Origin: Gemmatimonadota bacterium
GTDB lineage: Bacteria > Gemmatimonadota > Gemmatimonadetes > Gemmatimonadales > GWC2-71-9
Direction: 5' to 3'
Length of the DNA: 64,000 nucleotides
Assembly: GCA_036679605.1 (NCBI GenBank)
Contig: JAZDCZ010000251.1
Location: 63,129-127,128 of the forward strand
In this document: positions 21,811-31,324 of the stretch, piece by piece
Layout: the number at the start of each line of letters is the position of its first letter
Numbering within the stretch: position 1 is the first letter of the stretch
Made by a program: the position numbers and the translations under genes
Notes under the pieces: generated by a model
The model's input: the letters and a program-made list of their open reading frames with translations, nothing else
Databases searched by the model: none
Told to the model about the DNA's origin: nothing

Positions 21811-22251
21811 ATGGATTCGATGCACGGCGGCTTAGAAGTACTGTTGGTAGAGGACCTGGCGACTGACGCGGACCTGGCATGCCGCGCAATCAGCCGAATT
21901 GGCGCACAAATATTCGTGGCCAGAGATGGGGCCATGGCGCTGGACTATTTGTACGGGCTAGGAGCCTACTCCGAACGTAAGGGGGAGCCGCGCCCCAGCC
22001 TGATCTTGCTTGATCTGTCACTCCCCAAGGTATCCGGGCTCGAAGTGCTGCAACGCGTCAAGTCCGACGAGAGAACAAAGCACATTCCTGTCGTGGTGCA
22101 GTCGTCACTTGGAGAAGAGGCATACGTCAGCGAGAGTTACCGACTGGGTGCGAACAGTTTCATCGTCAAACCCTCGAACAGTGATGAGTTCGTAACGGTG
22201 TTCGAACAGGTTGCGCGCTATTGGCTTTCACTCAACCAGCATGCGGTTTGA
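21811..22251 (+). CDS. Rcp-like single-domain response regulator
   Basis: EVLLVEDLATDADL..LLDLSLPKVSG..GANSFIVKP..YWL. Confidence 0.9.
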   Translation: MDSMHGGLEVLLVEDLATDADLACRAISRIGAQIFVARDGAMALDYLYGLGAYSERKGEPRPSLILLDLSLPKVSGLEVLQRVKSDERTKHIPVVVQSSLGEEAYVSESYRLGANSFIVKPSNSDEFVTVFEQVARYWLSLNQHAV

Positions 22252-22256
22252 GTAGA

Positions 22257-23402
22257 ATGGAAACGGTCGCGTCGCGCAGATGGCCGGTCGCGGCAAATGC
22301 GCCCAAGCTCGAGTTCGATCACGGCCGGCCGGTGGACTCGATACAACAGACCATACTGGTGGTCGACGACGACGCTTCCGTCCGTTCTACGGTCTCCGCA
22401 ATCTTGAGGCGCGCGGGATACGAAGTGGCAACGGAAGCAGATGGAGACGGCGCACTCGATGCCGCCCGACGGTTACGCCCTGACCTAGTCCTGCTGGACA
22501 TAGTGATGCCGGGCTGTGACGGCCTGGAGGTATGTCGTCAGCTCAAAGCGGACGTCGAGACTCGCCTCATTCCGGTTGTGTTGCTGTCGGGGCTGTCGGC
22601 TCTGGACGATCGTGTTCACGGGCTCGACGCCGGAGCCGACGATCTCCTCAGCAAACCGTTCGAAACCGTCGAACTACTGGCGCGCGTAAAGTCGCTGCTC
22701 AAACTCAAACGCTACACCGACGATCTCGAGCGTGCCGAATCGGTGCTGGTAACGCTGGCAAGGAGCATCGAAGGGAAAGACCCTTACACCGAAGGCCACT
22801 GCGAGCGCCTGTCTGCATTGGCCACCGAATTGGGCCGGCGGCTGAGGCTCCCGGAGGAAGACCTCACGTCGCTGGATCGCGCCGGCATCGTGCACGATAT
22901 CGGCAAGCTGGCGGTGCCCGACACGATTCTCCTCAAGGAGGGTCCGTTGACGCCGGAAGAGTGGACCATCATACGCAAACACCCCGCCATGGGCGAGCAC
23001 ATTTGTACACCAATTCGAAGCTTTCACCGAGTACTACCCATAATCCGGCATCATCACGAGAAGTTCGATGGCTCGGGATACCCCGACGGATTGAAAGGCA
23101 TCGAGGTTCCGTTGACGGCGCGAGTCCTCCAAGTGGTGGACGTATACGACGCGCTCACAACCAAGCGGACGTACAAACCGGCGTTCCCGCCGCTCGATGC
23201 GTTGGAGACAATGGATGCCGAGGTGAAGATGGGCTGGTGGGACCCCGATGTGTACGCGGAATTCCGTAGGATGATTCTCGACGGTGACAAAGCTGCTTTG
23301 GTCCTGCGGCCCCGAAACCAAGATCGCGACGATCCGCGGCGGCGTTGGAGTCCGTCACCCCGCCCGTGCCCCCCGGAGAAAGCAAACCATGCAGCCTGCT
23401 AA
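22257..23402 (+). CDS. REC-HD-GYP response regulator (cyclic di-nucleotide phosphodiesterase); start uncertain
   Basis: REC followed by KDPYTEGHCER, HDIGK, HHHEKFDGSGYP, VVDVYDALT. Confidence 0.92.
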   Translation: METVASRRWPVAANAPKLEFDHGRPVDSIQQTILVVDDDASVRSTVSAILRRAGYEVATEADGDGALDAARRLRPDLVLLDIVMPGCDGLEVCRQLKADVETRLIPVVLLSGLSALDDRVHGLDAGADDLLSKPFETVELLARVKSLLKLKRYTDDLERAESVLVTLARSIEGKDPYTEGHCERLSALATELGRRLRLPEEDLTSLDRAGIVHDIGKLAVPDTILLKEGPLTPEEWTIIRKHPAMGEHICTPIRSFHRVLPIIRHHHEKFDGSGYPDGLKGIEVPLTARVLQVVDVYDALTTKRTYKPAFPPLDALETMDAEVKMGWWDPDVYAEFRRMILDGDKAALVLRPRNQDRDDPRRRWSPSPRPCPPEKANHAAC

Positions 23403-26154
23403 TGCAGCACCCGGCACCGGTGTCGTACGGATTCTCATACTGGAAGATGCCACTGCCGACGTAGAGTTGGCAGAGCGCGCCTTGACCAAGGCAAACATCG
23501 AGTTCGAGTCTCATTGGGTCTATACCCAGGAAGATTTCGTCAAGGCACTCGATGAGTTTGCGCCCGATGTGATATTGGCCGACTACCACCTGCCGCGGTT
23601 CGGAGCTATGGCCGCGATTCAGACCGTGAAACAGCGTGCTCCCAACATACCGGTGATAGTTGTGACCGGTGCCGTAGGCGAAGATGTCGCGGTCAAATGC
23701 ATCGAGGCGGGCGCAGCAGATTACCTGCTGAAAGATAGACTGGCTCGGCTCGGGCCGGCCGTCAGAGCGGCGCTCGCGACAAGGCGGGACACTGAAACTC
23801 GGCGGCTGGTAGAGGAGACCGGAGAAAAACGCGCAAGAGTGCTTCAAGCAGCCGTCACGAGCACTCAGAGATCCCTGTGGGAAAGTCAGGCACAGTTCAA
23901 GGCGGTTGCCGAGTCAGCACCCAACGCAATCGTGGTGGCAAGCAACGACGGACGAATCACTTTCTGGAACCTGGCCGCAGAGAGGATCTTCGGGTATACG
24001 GCGAGCGAGATCCTGGGCCAACCGTTGACCACGGTAATCCCGGAGCGATTCCGGCGCGAACACCTGAACGCACTCAGACGAGCCGCTTCCGCACCAGGCT
24101 CTCCAGCTCCCGTGGAACCCGTAGAGGTAATCGGCCTGGCGAAGCAAGGTAACGAAATCCCGCTGGAGATACATCTGGCTCCATGTACCCAGGGCGGGAA
24201 CCGCTTTTTTGTCGCTGTTCTCGTCGACATCACCCAGCGTAAGGAAGCGGAAGCCAAACTGCGCCTCCAAGCGGCGGCTCTGGAGGCGACAGCCAACGGC
24301 ATCATGATTACCGATCCGCACGGAGTCATCCAATGGACCAATCCCGCCTTTACTGACCTCACGGGCTTTCCACTCGAGGAAGCGATTGGCCAGAGTATTG
24401 TCAAGTTCGGAAAGCAGGATGACGCCTACTATCAGGGCCTATGGAAAACAATTCTATCGGGTCGCACGTGGCGTGGCGAACTGATCAACCGTCGCAAGGA
24501 TGGAAGCCTGTATCACGAGGAGGAGACCATCACTCCTGTGAAGAGTGAGAACGGCAGCATCACGCATTTCATTGCAATAAAGCATGACATCACGGAACGC
24601 AAGCAAGCGGAAGATGTACTTCGCAAGTCCGAAACGGAATACCGTGAACTCGTTGAGCATGCGACCTATGGCATCTATCACTCGGGCCTGGATGGCCATT
24701 TCCTCATGGTCAACTCGGCACTCGTCAAGATGCTGGGTTACGAATCGAAGGACGATCTTCTCAAACTCGATATGGCCAAGGATGTGTACGCGGATCCGAC
24801 CGCCCGTGCAAAGTTGATCGAGCAGCAATCGGGTCCTGATCGGGTGCGGGTCCGAGAAGTCGTCTGGAAACGTCGGGATCAAAGCCATATTAACGTACAG
24901 CTTACCGGACGTGCGGTACTAAACGCTGCAGGTGAGTTCCAGTATTTCGAGGGAATCGCCGAAGATTTGACGGAGCGCCGGTTGCTCGAGGCCCAGCTGC
25001 GCCAAGCTCAGAAAATGGAGGCCGTCGGCACACTGACCGGAGGCATCGCGCACGACTTCAACAACCTGCTGTCGATAGTACTCACCAATGCGCAGATCAT
25101 GAACGAGTCGTTGCCGAAGGATGATGGTGAGTTGAAGGTCCTCCTGAGAGACATCCGTGCGGCCGCCGAGAACGGGGCCGGCATGGTGAGACGGCTGCTG
25201 GGATTCAGCCGCACTACACCGCTCACAAAACACTCGATCGACATGGGTAGCGTTGTTAAGGAAATGTCATCAATGCTGCGGCGACTGATTCCCGAGAACG
25301 TTACGGTGGAGGTGATCGCAGACAATGGGATCAAGGCAGTGCGTGCCGATCCCGCGGCGGTGGAACAGATCCTACTCAACCTCGCGACCAACGCACGCTA
25401 TGCCATGCCGCGAGGTGGTGCACTGTCCATTGAGGTTAGCAACACAACGGTGAACGGCGACCTGCACGCGTCCTTCCCTTGGTTCGTGCCGGGAGAGTAT
25501 GTACTCGTAGCGGTTACAGACACGGGCACGGGAATGGACGAGGAGACACGTTGCAAGATCTTCGAGCCGTTCTTCACGACCAAGCCGGAGGGAGCGGGAA
25601 CAGGACTTGGGATGGCCATGGTATACGGACTCATGAAGCAGCACGGTGGATTCGTTCAAGTGGAGAGCGAACTGGGCAGCGGCACCACAATGAATCTCTA
25701 TTTCCCGGTTGGCGACCAAGAGGAGGTTACCCACGAACATCGTACCGTGACGGAGGACATAGCAGATCTGGCAGGCGACGAGACGATCCTTTACGTGGAA
25801 GATCAGGATGCATTACTCAGGGCGGGCACTCGAGTTCTCGAACGCAACGGCTACACGGTAATCCCAGCAGCGAACGGCCGGGAGGCCATTGAGATATTCC
25901 GCAAGCGCCGGTCGGAGATCGACCTCATACTGTGCGATCTCATTATGCCGGAGTTAGGGGGTGCGGGGGTGCTCGAGGCGCTGAGTGAATTCCAAGCCGA
26001 CGTGCCCTTCGTCATGACGACCGGCTACGGAGCCAAGGATATGCCGGAAGCTTTCGACTTGACCACGCCGATATTGTACAAGCCGTGGACGATGGAGGAA
26101 CTCCTGCGGGCGGTGCGCGGGGCGGTGGAGAAGGGCGGTAGAACTGGGCGGTAG
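23389..26154 (+). CDS. Hybrid histidine kinase (REC, 3 PAS, HisKA, HATPase, REC)
   Basis: QAQKMEAVGTLTGGIAHDFNNLL, FEPFFTTK, GTGLG; REC at both ends. Confidence 0.93.
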   Translation: MQPANAAPGTGVVRILILEDATADVELAERALTKANIEFESHWVYTQEDFVKALDEFAPDVILADYHLPRFGAMAAIQTVKQRAPNIPVIVVTGAVGEDVAVKCIEAGAADYLLKDRLARLGPAVRAALATRRDTETRRLVEETGEKRARVLQAAVTSTQRSLWESQAQFKAVAESAPNAIVVASNDGRITFWNLAAERIFGYTASEILGQPLTTVIPERFRREHLNALRRAASAPGSPAPVEPVEVIGLAKQGNEIPLEIHLAPCTQGGNRFFVAVLVDITQRKEAEAKLRLQAAALEATANGIMITDPHGVIQWTNPAFTDLTGFPLEEAIGQSIVKFGKQDDAYYQGLWKTILSGRTWRGELINRRKDGSLYHEEETITPVKSENGSITHFIAIKHDITERKQAEDVLRKSETEYRELVEHATYGIYHSGLDGHFLMVNSALVKMLGYESKDDLLKLDMAKDVYADPTARAKLIEQQSGPDRVRVREVVWKRRDQSHINVQLTGRAVLNAAGEFQYFEGIAEDLTERRLLEAQLRQAQKMEAVGTLTGGIAHDFNNLLSIVLTNAQIMNESLPKDDGELKVLLRDIRAAAENGAGMVRRLLGFSRTTPLTKHSIDMGSVVKEMSSMLRRLIPENVTVEVIADNGIKAVRADPAAVEQILLNLATNARYAMPRGGALSIEVSNTTVNGDLHASFPWFVPGEYVLVAVTDTGTGMDEETRCKIFEPFFTTKPEGAGTGLGMAMVYGLMKQHGGFVQVESELGSGTTMNLYFPVGDQEEVTHEHRTVTEDIADLAGDETILYVEDQDALLRAGTRVLERNGYTVIPAANGREAIEIFRKRRSEIDLILCDLIMPELGGAGVLEALSEFQADVPFVMTTGYGAKDMPEAFDLTTPILYKPWTMEELLRAVRGAVEKGGRTGR

Positions 26155-26234
26155 ATGGCGGTAATCAACACCTACCGCCCATTACCGCCCGGGGTGAGTG
26201 GGGAGGGGTGTAGTACCGCCTTGTTATTTCGCCC
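26121..26234. repeat. GGCGGTA-rich repeat element, right copy; hairpin between convergent genes
   Basis: GGCGGTA x3 followed by TACCGCC x3; reverse-complement match to 1221-1311. Confidence 0.8.
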
Positions 26235-26236
26235 TA

Positions 26237-26491
26237 TTACGCCGGGTACACGCTGATCTTGAGGCGCTTCTTGGTCTTGTGCTCGAACTTGACCACACCG
26301 TCGATCAGGGCAAAGAGAGTGTCGTCGCTGGCACGGCGCACGTTGCTGCCGGGGTGGAACTTGGTACCGCGTTGCTTGACGAGAATATTTCCGGCACGCA
26401 CAACCTGCCCGCCAAATCTTTTTACTCCTAGAAACTTGGGCTTGGAATCGCGTCCGTTGCGGCTGGAGCCTACGCCCTTCTTATGAGCCAT
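26237..26491 (-). CDS. rpmA: 50S ribosomal protein L27
   Basis: [33 protein letters not shown]. Confidence 0.98.
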   Translation of the reverse strand: MAHKKGVGSSRNGRDSKPKFLGVKRFGGQVVRAGNILVKQRGTKFHPGSNVRRASDDTLFALIDGVVKFEHKTKKRLKISVYPA

Positions 26492-26492
26492 T

Positions 26493-26807
26493 TCAGACCT
26501 TTACCCCGGTGATCTTGATCTCGGTGAAGCCCTGCCGGTGCCCGGTCTTCTTTCTGTAGTTCTTGCGCCGCTTGAACTTGAAGATGAAGATCTTGGGTTC
26601 CTTGCCGTGATCGACTATTTCGGCGGTCACCTTGGCACCTTTGACGGTCGGCTGGCCGGTCTTGACCTTCTTCCCATCGCTGGAAAGCAGCACTTGGTCG
26701 AACGTCACCTTTGAGCCCGGTTCGCCCTCTAGAGTCGGGACCCGGAGCGTATCGCCCTCAGCTACTCGGAACTGGTGGCCGCAGGCTTTGAATATCGCAT
26801 ATGGCAT
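26493..26807 (-). CDS. rplU: 50S ribosomal protein L21
   Basis: [31 protein letters not shown]. Confidence 0.98.
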   Translation of the reverse strand: MPYAIFKACGHQFRVAEGDTLRVPTLEGEPGSKVTFDQVLLSSDGKKVKTGQPTVKGAKVTAEIVDHGKEPKIFIFKFKRRKNYRKKTGHRQGFTEIKITGVKV

Positions 26808-26815
26808 AACCTATA

Positions 26816-26844
26816 ACCTTACCCAGGACCGGGGGCTAGATCAA
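26816..26844 (-). promoter_or_regulatory. Sigma70-type promoter of rplU (leaderless geometry)
   Basis: TTGATC-N17-TAAGGT, 8 nt before ATG. Confidence 0.55.
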
Positions 26845-26852
26845 GTAGATTA

Positions 26853-26913
26853 GGGAGTGGGGAGTGGGGAGTGGGGAGTGAAATACTCCCTACTCCCGAC
26901 TCACTACTCCCCC
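26853..26913. repeat. Heptamer repeat hairpin: (GGGAGTG)4 followed by TACTCCC-type complements
   Basis: Visible directly, just after the RNase stop codon. Confidence 0.8.
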
Positions 26914-26915
26914 GA

Positions 26916-28466
26916 TCATGCCACCTCATACTTCCCCGTCACGTCCCGGCCCGCCGGCTGCGAGACGAGGCGGAATTCATCCACCGGGGTGACCGGATCG
27001 TCCCGGATCTCCAGATCGACTTTGGTCATTCGCCGCATCTCCTTCAAGAATCCACGCTCTTTCTCGAGCAGATAGAGCGCCACCTCGGGATGGAGCCGGA
27101 CGGTCATCTTTTTTTCCTTATTCTCGTGAGCCACACGCCTCATCGCCCGTTCGAGTCGCCGTGAGACGACCTCTGGGCGGAACGTGCTGCCGCTGCCATT
27201 GCAATCAGGACATGCCATCGTCATGGACTCTCTTAGCGAGGGCCTGACCCGCTGCCGCGTCATCTCGATCAGGCCGAGGTCCGACACCTCAAAAGCACGA
27301 GTCCTTGCCCGGTCTTTGCCTAGATGAGACTTGATCTCCTGGAACACTCGTCTGCGATTCGCCTGGACTTCCATGTCTATGAAATCGATCACGATGATCC
27401 CGCCGATGTCACGCAGCCTGAGCTGCCGAGCGATCTCGCTGGCGGCATCGAGATTGACTTTGAGAATTGTGCTTTCGTGGCTTTTCTTGCCGATGTAACT
27501 CCCGGTATTTACGTCGATGGATACCAGCGCCTCGGTCGGCTCGACGATGAGATACCCCCCGCTCGGCAGATCGACGCGTCGTCGAAACATCGCCCTGATC
27601 TCATCCTCAATCTCGAATTTGTCGAACAGGGGTACCGATTCGTTGTAGACCTTGACCCGCGACCTCAGATCGGGGTCCACTTGCTGCAGGTAGCGGTGGA
27701 TCTCCTTGTAGAGCGTCCGCGACTCCACGAGCAGTTGGTCGACCTTGTCGCTGAACATGTCGCGAATGATTCCGCTGGTAAGCGATGCCTCCCGTTGGAC
27801 TAACGCTGGTACTTTGTTGCGTAGGAAGTGCGCCTTACGGCTGATCTTCTTCCAGAGACCTATCAGCAGACGCACTTCGCGCTTGACTGTATCTTCGGTC
27901 AGGTCCTCCGCCACAGTCCGCACAATCACGCCACCCGAATCTTTGGGCAGGAATTTCGCCACCATCTGCTTGAGCCGCTGACGTTCCTCGCGTGACGGGA
28001 TCTTGCGACTCACGCCAATTCTGGATGCCAGCGGCATGTAGACCAGAAACCTCCCCGCGAGGGAGACCTGGGCCGTTACTCGCGGCCCCTTCGTCCCTAT
28101 CGGCTCCTTGGTTACCTGCACCAGGAGCGACTCGCCGCGCTTTAGATGATCTTGGATTTTGGGGTCGCGGCGTGAGCCGTGGCGTCCCCTGCCCCGGCCG
28201 TTACCGCGGCCACTGCCGTCCTCGTCGTCTTCCTCGGCCTCGATCAGGTCGGATGCGTGAAGGAAGCCGCTCTTCTCACCTCCGATATCGACGAAAGCCG
28301 CCTGCATTCCCGGCAGCACGGCCTCCACCTTACCAAGGTAGATGTTGCCCACCGAACGGTGGACGTCCGGCCGATCGACCATGAGTTCAACAAGGCGATC
28401 GTCCTCCATAATTGCCACGCGCGTCTCGCGCGGGCTCGTAGCTGAAATTAATATCTCGCGCTTCAA
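26916..28466 (-). CDS. rng: Ribonuclease G/E family (Rne/Rng)
   Basis: GNIYLGKV..PGMQAAFVDIG, IDVNTG, RQLRLRDIGGIIVIDFIDM, CPDCNGSG. Confidence 0.93.
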   Translation of the reverse strand: MKREILISATSPRETRVAIMEDDRLVELMVDRPDVHRSVGNIYLGKVEAVLPGMQAAFVDIGGEKSGFLHASDLIEAEEDDEDGSGRGNGRGRGRHGSRRDPKIQDHLKRGESLLVQVTKEPIGTKGPRVTAQVSLAGRFLVYMPLASRIGVSRKIPSREERQRLKQMVAKFLPKDSGGVIVRTVAEDLTEDTVKREVRLLIGLWKKISRKAHFLRNKVPALVQREASLTSGIIRDMFSDKVDQLLVESRTLYKEIHRYLQQVDPDLRSRVKVYNESVPLFDKFEIEDEIRAMFRRRVDLPSGGYLIVEPTEALVSIDVNTGSYIGKKSHESTILKVNLDAASEIARQLRLRDIGGIIVIDFIDMEVQANRRRVFQEIKSHLGKDRARTRAFEVSDLGLIEMTRQRVRPSLRESMTMACPDCNGSGSTFRPEVVSRRLERAMRRVAHENKEKKMTVRLHPEVALYLLEKERGFLKEMRRMTKVDLEIRDDPVTPVDEFRLVSQPAGRDVTGKYEVA

Positions 28467-31083
28467 GTTTGTTTACCTCTGCTCGAGCAATGGCTCCCGC
28501 CGCGGGATAGTCCCCCGACGCAAGCGTTGCCTCGATCTTGTGAATTCTGATGAGTGGCACCTGGCTCTTGTCGAGCCCGAGCGCCGCCTCTAGCACCTCG
28601 GTCGGCTTTACCGAAAGCCCGTTCTCGGTGGTCAGTTGCAGGACGATCTCGTCCGCCGCTACCACCGCGAATTCGTGTACTAGGGGTCTAATGTCAATTT
28701 CGCGCCGCCGTCTCCTGCGCTCTCTAATGATTACGCAAGACGGTGCCGCCATGAATGCCGCGGCCGCTTGGGTCATAGATCCAAGCGTTGTATCAAACGG
28801 GGAACTGGGAAACCGCGCAACGTATGTGCTGCGTTCGATTCCCACTACCAGCGATTCCCCCTTGTGAGGCATAGCCGCCGCGACGGTAAATGCTATGCCT
28901 ACTGCAACATGTGTGTTCAAATTCTCCAACAGCGTTGCCAATCGACTCTCCGGCCACTCGCCCGCAAGTTCGACGTCGATCCATTCGCTGTCGGATGTCC
29001 AGCCGAGCGCCAGCGGTGGACCAGCGGAGACCTTGGGACGGGGAGAGTAGCCTTCGCTGTAGAGGACCGGCAGCTCCGCGCGCCTCAATGTGCGCTCCAG
29101 CTCACGTAGCAAGTCGAGATGTGAGATGAAACGCACCTCATCGCCCTTGGCATAGCCCAAGCGTACGGTCGTGCCAGGGATCCCTTGCAGCAAACCGACG
29201 GCGGGTTCAGGCCTAGGTGTGCTAACCGGCGCTGCCAGAAGGTTGCGCATTGCCTCGAAGTCGCACACTCCGCACGCGGTACAGCGTTGATGCTTGCACT
29301 CGTCGGTTTCGCCAGCCTGATAGGCTTTGTGACGCTCCTTCAAGAAATACTTGCGATCGATCTTGTAGCTCACGACTTCCCACGGCAGTTCCTCCTCTTC
29401 GCCGATCTCCCTGAACATGTCGGATATGGTCAGTCCGTTTTCCGTAAGCGCCTCGTCCCAAAAACCAAAGTTGCAGTGTTCGCTCCAGCCGTCGAACCGT
29501 GCACCGCGCCGCCATGCGCCCTCGATGACATTCGCTATTTCCCGTCCGCCACGTGAGATAACTCCCTCGATTGCCGTGTCTGCGCTCTCGTGATGCCGGA
29601 TCTCGACGCCTTTTCCCTTGAGCCGGCGTTTTACCCATGCAAGCTTGGTGCGAGTGTCGTCGATCGTGTCCTGGCGCTCCCACTGAAACGGGGTATGTGC
29701 CTTGGGCACGAAGGGCGAAAAGCCAAGGGTTACCTGGCGGCGCCCGGGGTGCTGCTTGAGAATGGCTTTGATTTTTTCCACCAGCTGCGCCAACTCCTCG
29801 AAATCCTCTTCGCATTCGGTCGGGTGGCCGATCATGAAGTAGAGTTTCACGCTGGTCCAACCCGCTTGCATAGCGCTCTCCACCGCCGAGAGAATGTCCT
29901 CTTCGGTAATGCCCTTGTTGATCACGTCGCGGAGGCGCTGGCTTCCTGCCTCTGGCGCGAACGTGAAACCCGACTTGCGGACACGGCTCACCGCTTCCGC
30001 CAACCCGACACTGAACTTGTCGGCTCTAAGCGACGGGAGACTTACGCCTACGCCGCGGTCGACCATTGTGCGGCCCATACGGTCGGTGAGTTCAACCGCT
30101 TGCGAATAGTCGGCAGTAGAGAGAGAGAGCAGTGAGACCTCCTGCCAACCGGAATGCTTGATTCCCTGCTCCGCGATCTCTATGGTTTCGTCGACGTCGC
30201 GCTCCCGCGCCGGCCGATAGAGATAACCGGCCTGGCAGAACCGGCAGCCCCGCATGCAGCCCCGCATCACCTCGATGGGGAGTCGATCGTGTGTCGTCTC
30301 AGTTAGGCTGACCACCATCTCTCGCGGGTGGTCTTCCGGGCGTAGCACCGGGACTTTGCGCGCGATCACCGGAAACGGGGTGCCCTCCGGCGCATTCGCG
30401 CTGGGCCGAGGAGTTCTGCTGCCCTTGGGCACCTGGTACAGCGACGGCACGTAGATCCCGGGGACCTCCAACGCCAACCGTTCCAGTAGCCGCGAGCGCG
30501 GCTCGCCACGCTTCTTCCAGTCGTCCACCAAACTCAGGATCTCGGGCAGCGCGTCTTCCGCATCACCTATCAGGGCCGCGTCGACAAACGGCGCCAGTGG
30601 TTCGGGGTTTGACGCGCACGGGCCACCTACCAAAACGATGGGATCGGTTTCGCTGCGGTTCTTCTGGCGCAGCGGAATGCGCGAGAGATCCAACACGTTC
30701 AGGAGATTGGTGTAGGTCAGCTCCGACTGGAGTGTGAAGCCCAGCAGATCGTAGTCTCGCGCCGGCCGTTGGTGCTGAAGCCCCCAAAGAGGAATGCCGC
30801 GGGTGCGGAGTTGCGCCTCCATGTCCGGCCACGGGGCGTAAACCCGGTCCAGCAGCCAGCGCGGGTCGCGATTGACGATATGGTAGAGGATCTGGGTGCC
30901 GGTGTGGCTCATCCCGATTTCATAGGCATCGGGATAGCAGAGCAGGAATCGGACCTGTGCCTCGTCCCACTTCTTGGGGCTCAGTCCTAGTTCGTTTCCA
31001 ACGTATCTATTTGGTTTAGAGACTAGCGGCAGGATCTCTTGTGAAAGGACCCTATCCAGCGCCTCGGGCGTCCAGCTTGTCAT
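28387..31083 (-). CDS. B12-binding radical SAM protein (TIGR03960-like) fused to DUF2344 radical-SAM-linked domain
   Basis: YPDAYEIGMSH, RGCMRGCRFCQAG (CxxxCxxC), C-terminal RFISHLDL..YSEGYSPRP; usual position upstream of rng. Confidence 0.9.
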   Translation of the reverse strand: MTSWTPEALDRVLSQEILPLVSKPNRYVGNELGLSPKKWDEAQVRFLLCYPDAYEIGMSHTGTQILYHIVNRDPRWLLDRVYAPWPDMEAQLRTRGIPLWGLQHQRPARDYDLLGFTLQSELTYTNLLNVLDLSRIPLRQKNRSETDPIVLVGGPCASNPEPLAPFVDAALIGDAEDALPEILSLVDDWKKRGEPRSRLLERLALEVPGIYVPSLYQVPKGSRTPRPSANAPEGTPFPVIARKVPVLRPEDHPREMVVSLTETTHDRLPIEVMRGCMRGCRFCQAGYLYRPARERDVDETIEIAEQGIKHSGWQEVSLLSLSTADYSQAVELTDRMGRTMVDRGVGVSLPSLRADKFSVGLAEAVSRVRKSGFTFAPEAGSQRLRDVINKGITEEDILSAVESAMQAGWTSVKLYFMIGHPTECEEDFEELAQLVEKIKAILKQHPGRRQVTLGFSPFVPKAHTPFQWERQDTIDDTRTKLAWVKRRLKGKGVEIRHHESADTAIEGVISRGGREIANVIEGAWRRGARFDGWSEHCNFGFWDEALTENGLTISDMFREIGEEEELPWEVVSYKIDRKYFLKERHKAYQAGETDECKHQRCTACGVCDFEAMRNLLAAPVSTPRPEPAVGLLQGIPGTTVRLGYAKGDEVRFISHLDLLRELERTLRRAELPVLYSEGYSPRPKVSAGPPLALGWTSDSEWIDVELAGEWPESRLATLLENLNTHVAVGIAFTVAAAMPHKGESLVVGIERSTYVARFPSSPFDTTLGSMTQAAAAFMAAPSCVIIRERRRRRREIDIRPLVHEFAVVAADEIVLQLTTENGLSVKPTEVLEAALGLDKSQVPLIRIHKIEATLASGDYPAAGAIARAEVNKLEARDINFSYEPARDARGNYGGRSPC

Positions 31084-31092
31084 GGCTGGATA

Positions 31093-31121
31093 AGTATAAG
31101 TGGTGTGGTGATTTAGGTCAA
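31093..31121 (-). promoter_or_regulatory. Sigma70-type promoter (near-leaderless)
   Basis: TTGACC-N17-TATACT, 9 nt before ATG 31083. Confidence 0.7.
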
Positions 31122-31324
31122 ATGTGGTGACCCACGAGTAAACTCGCGGCTCGGCAGCTTGTCGCTGAATCGACCGAGACTCAAGCGTCGTCCTAACGGG
31201 TCGGGGATGGCGGGCGTCGCTTTAGCGACCCAGATATCGCGGCGGCCATGACAATCCGGGTTCCCGATACCATATTGGATCGATCCCCCATCCCCCGGCA
31301 CCGCCGTCACCCAGGAGACCTCTC

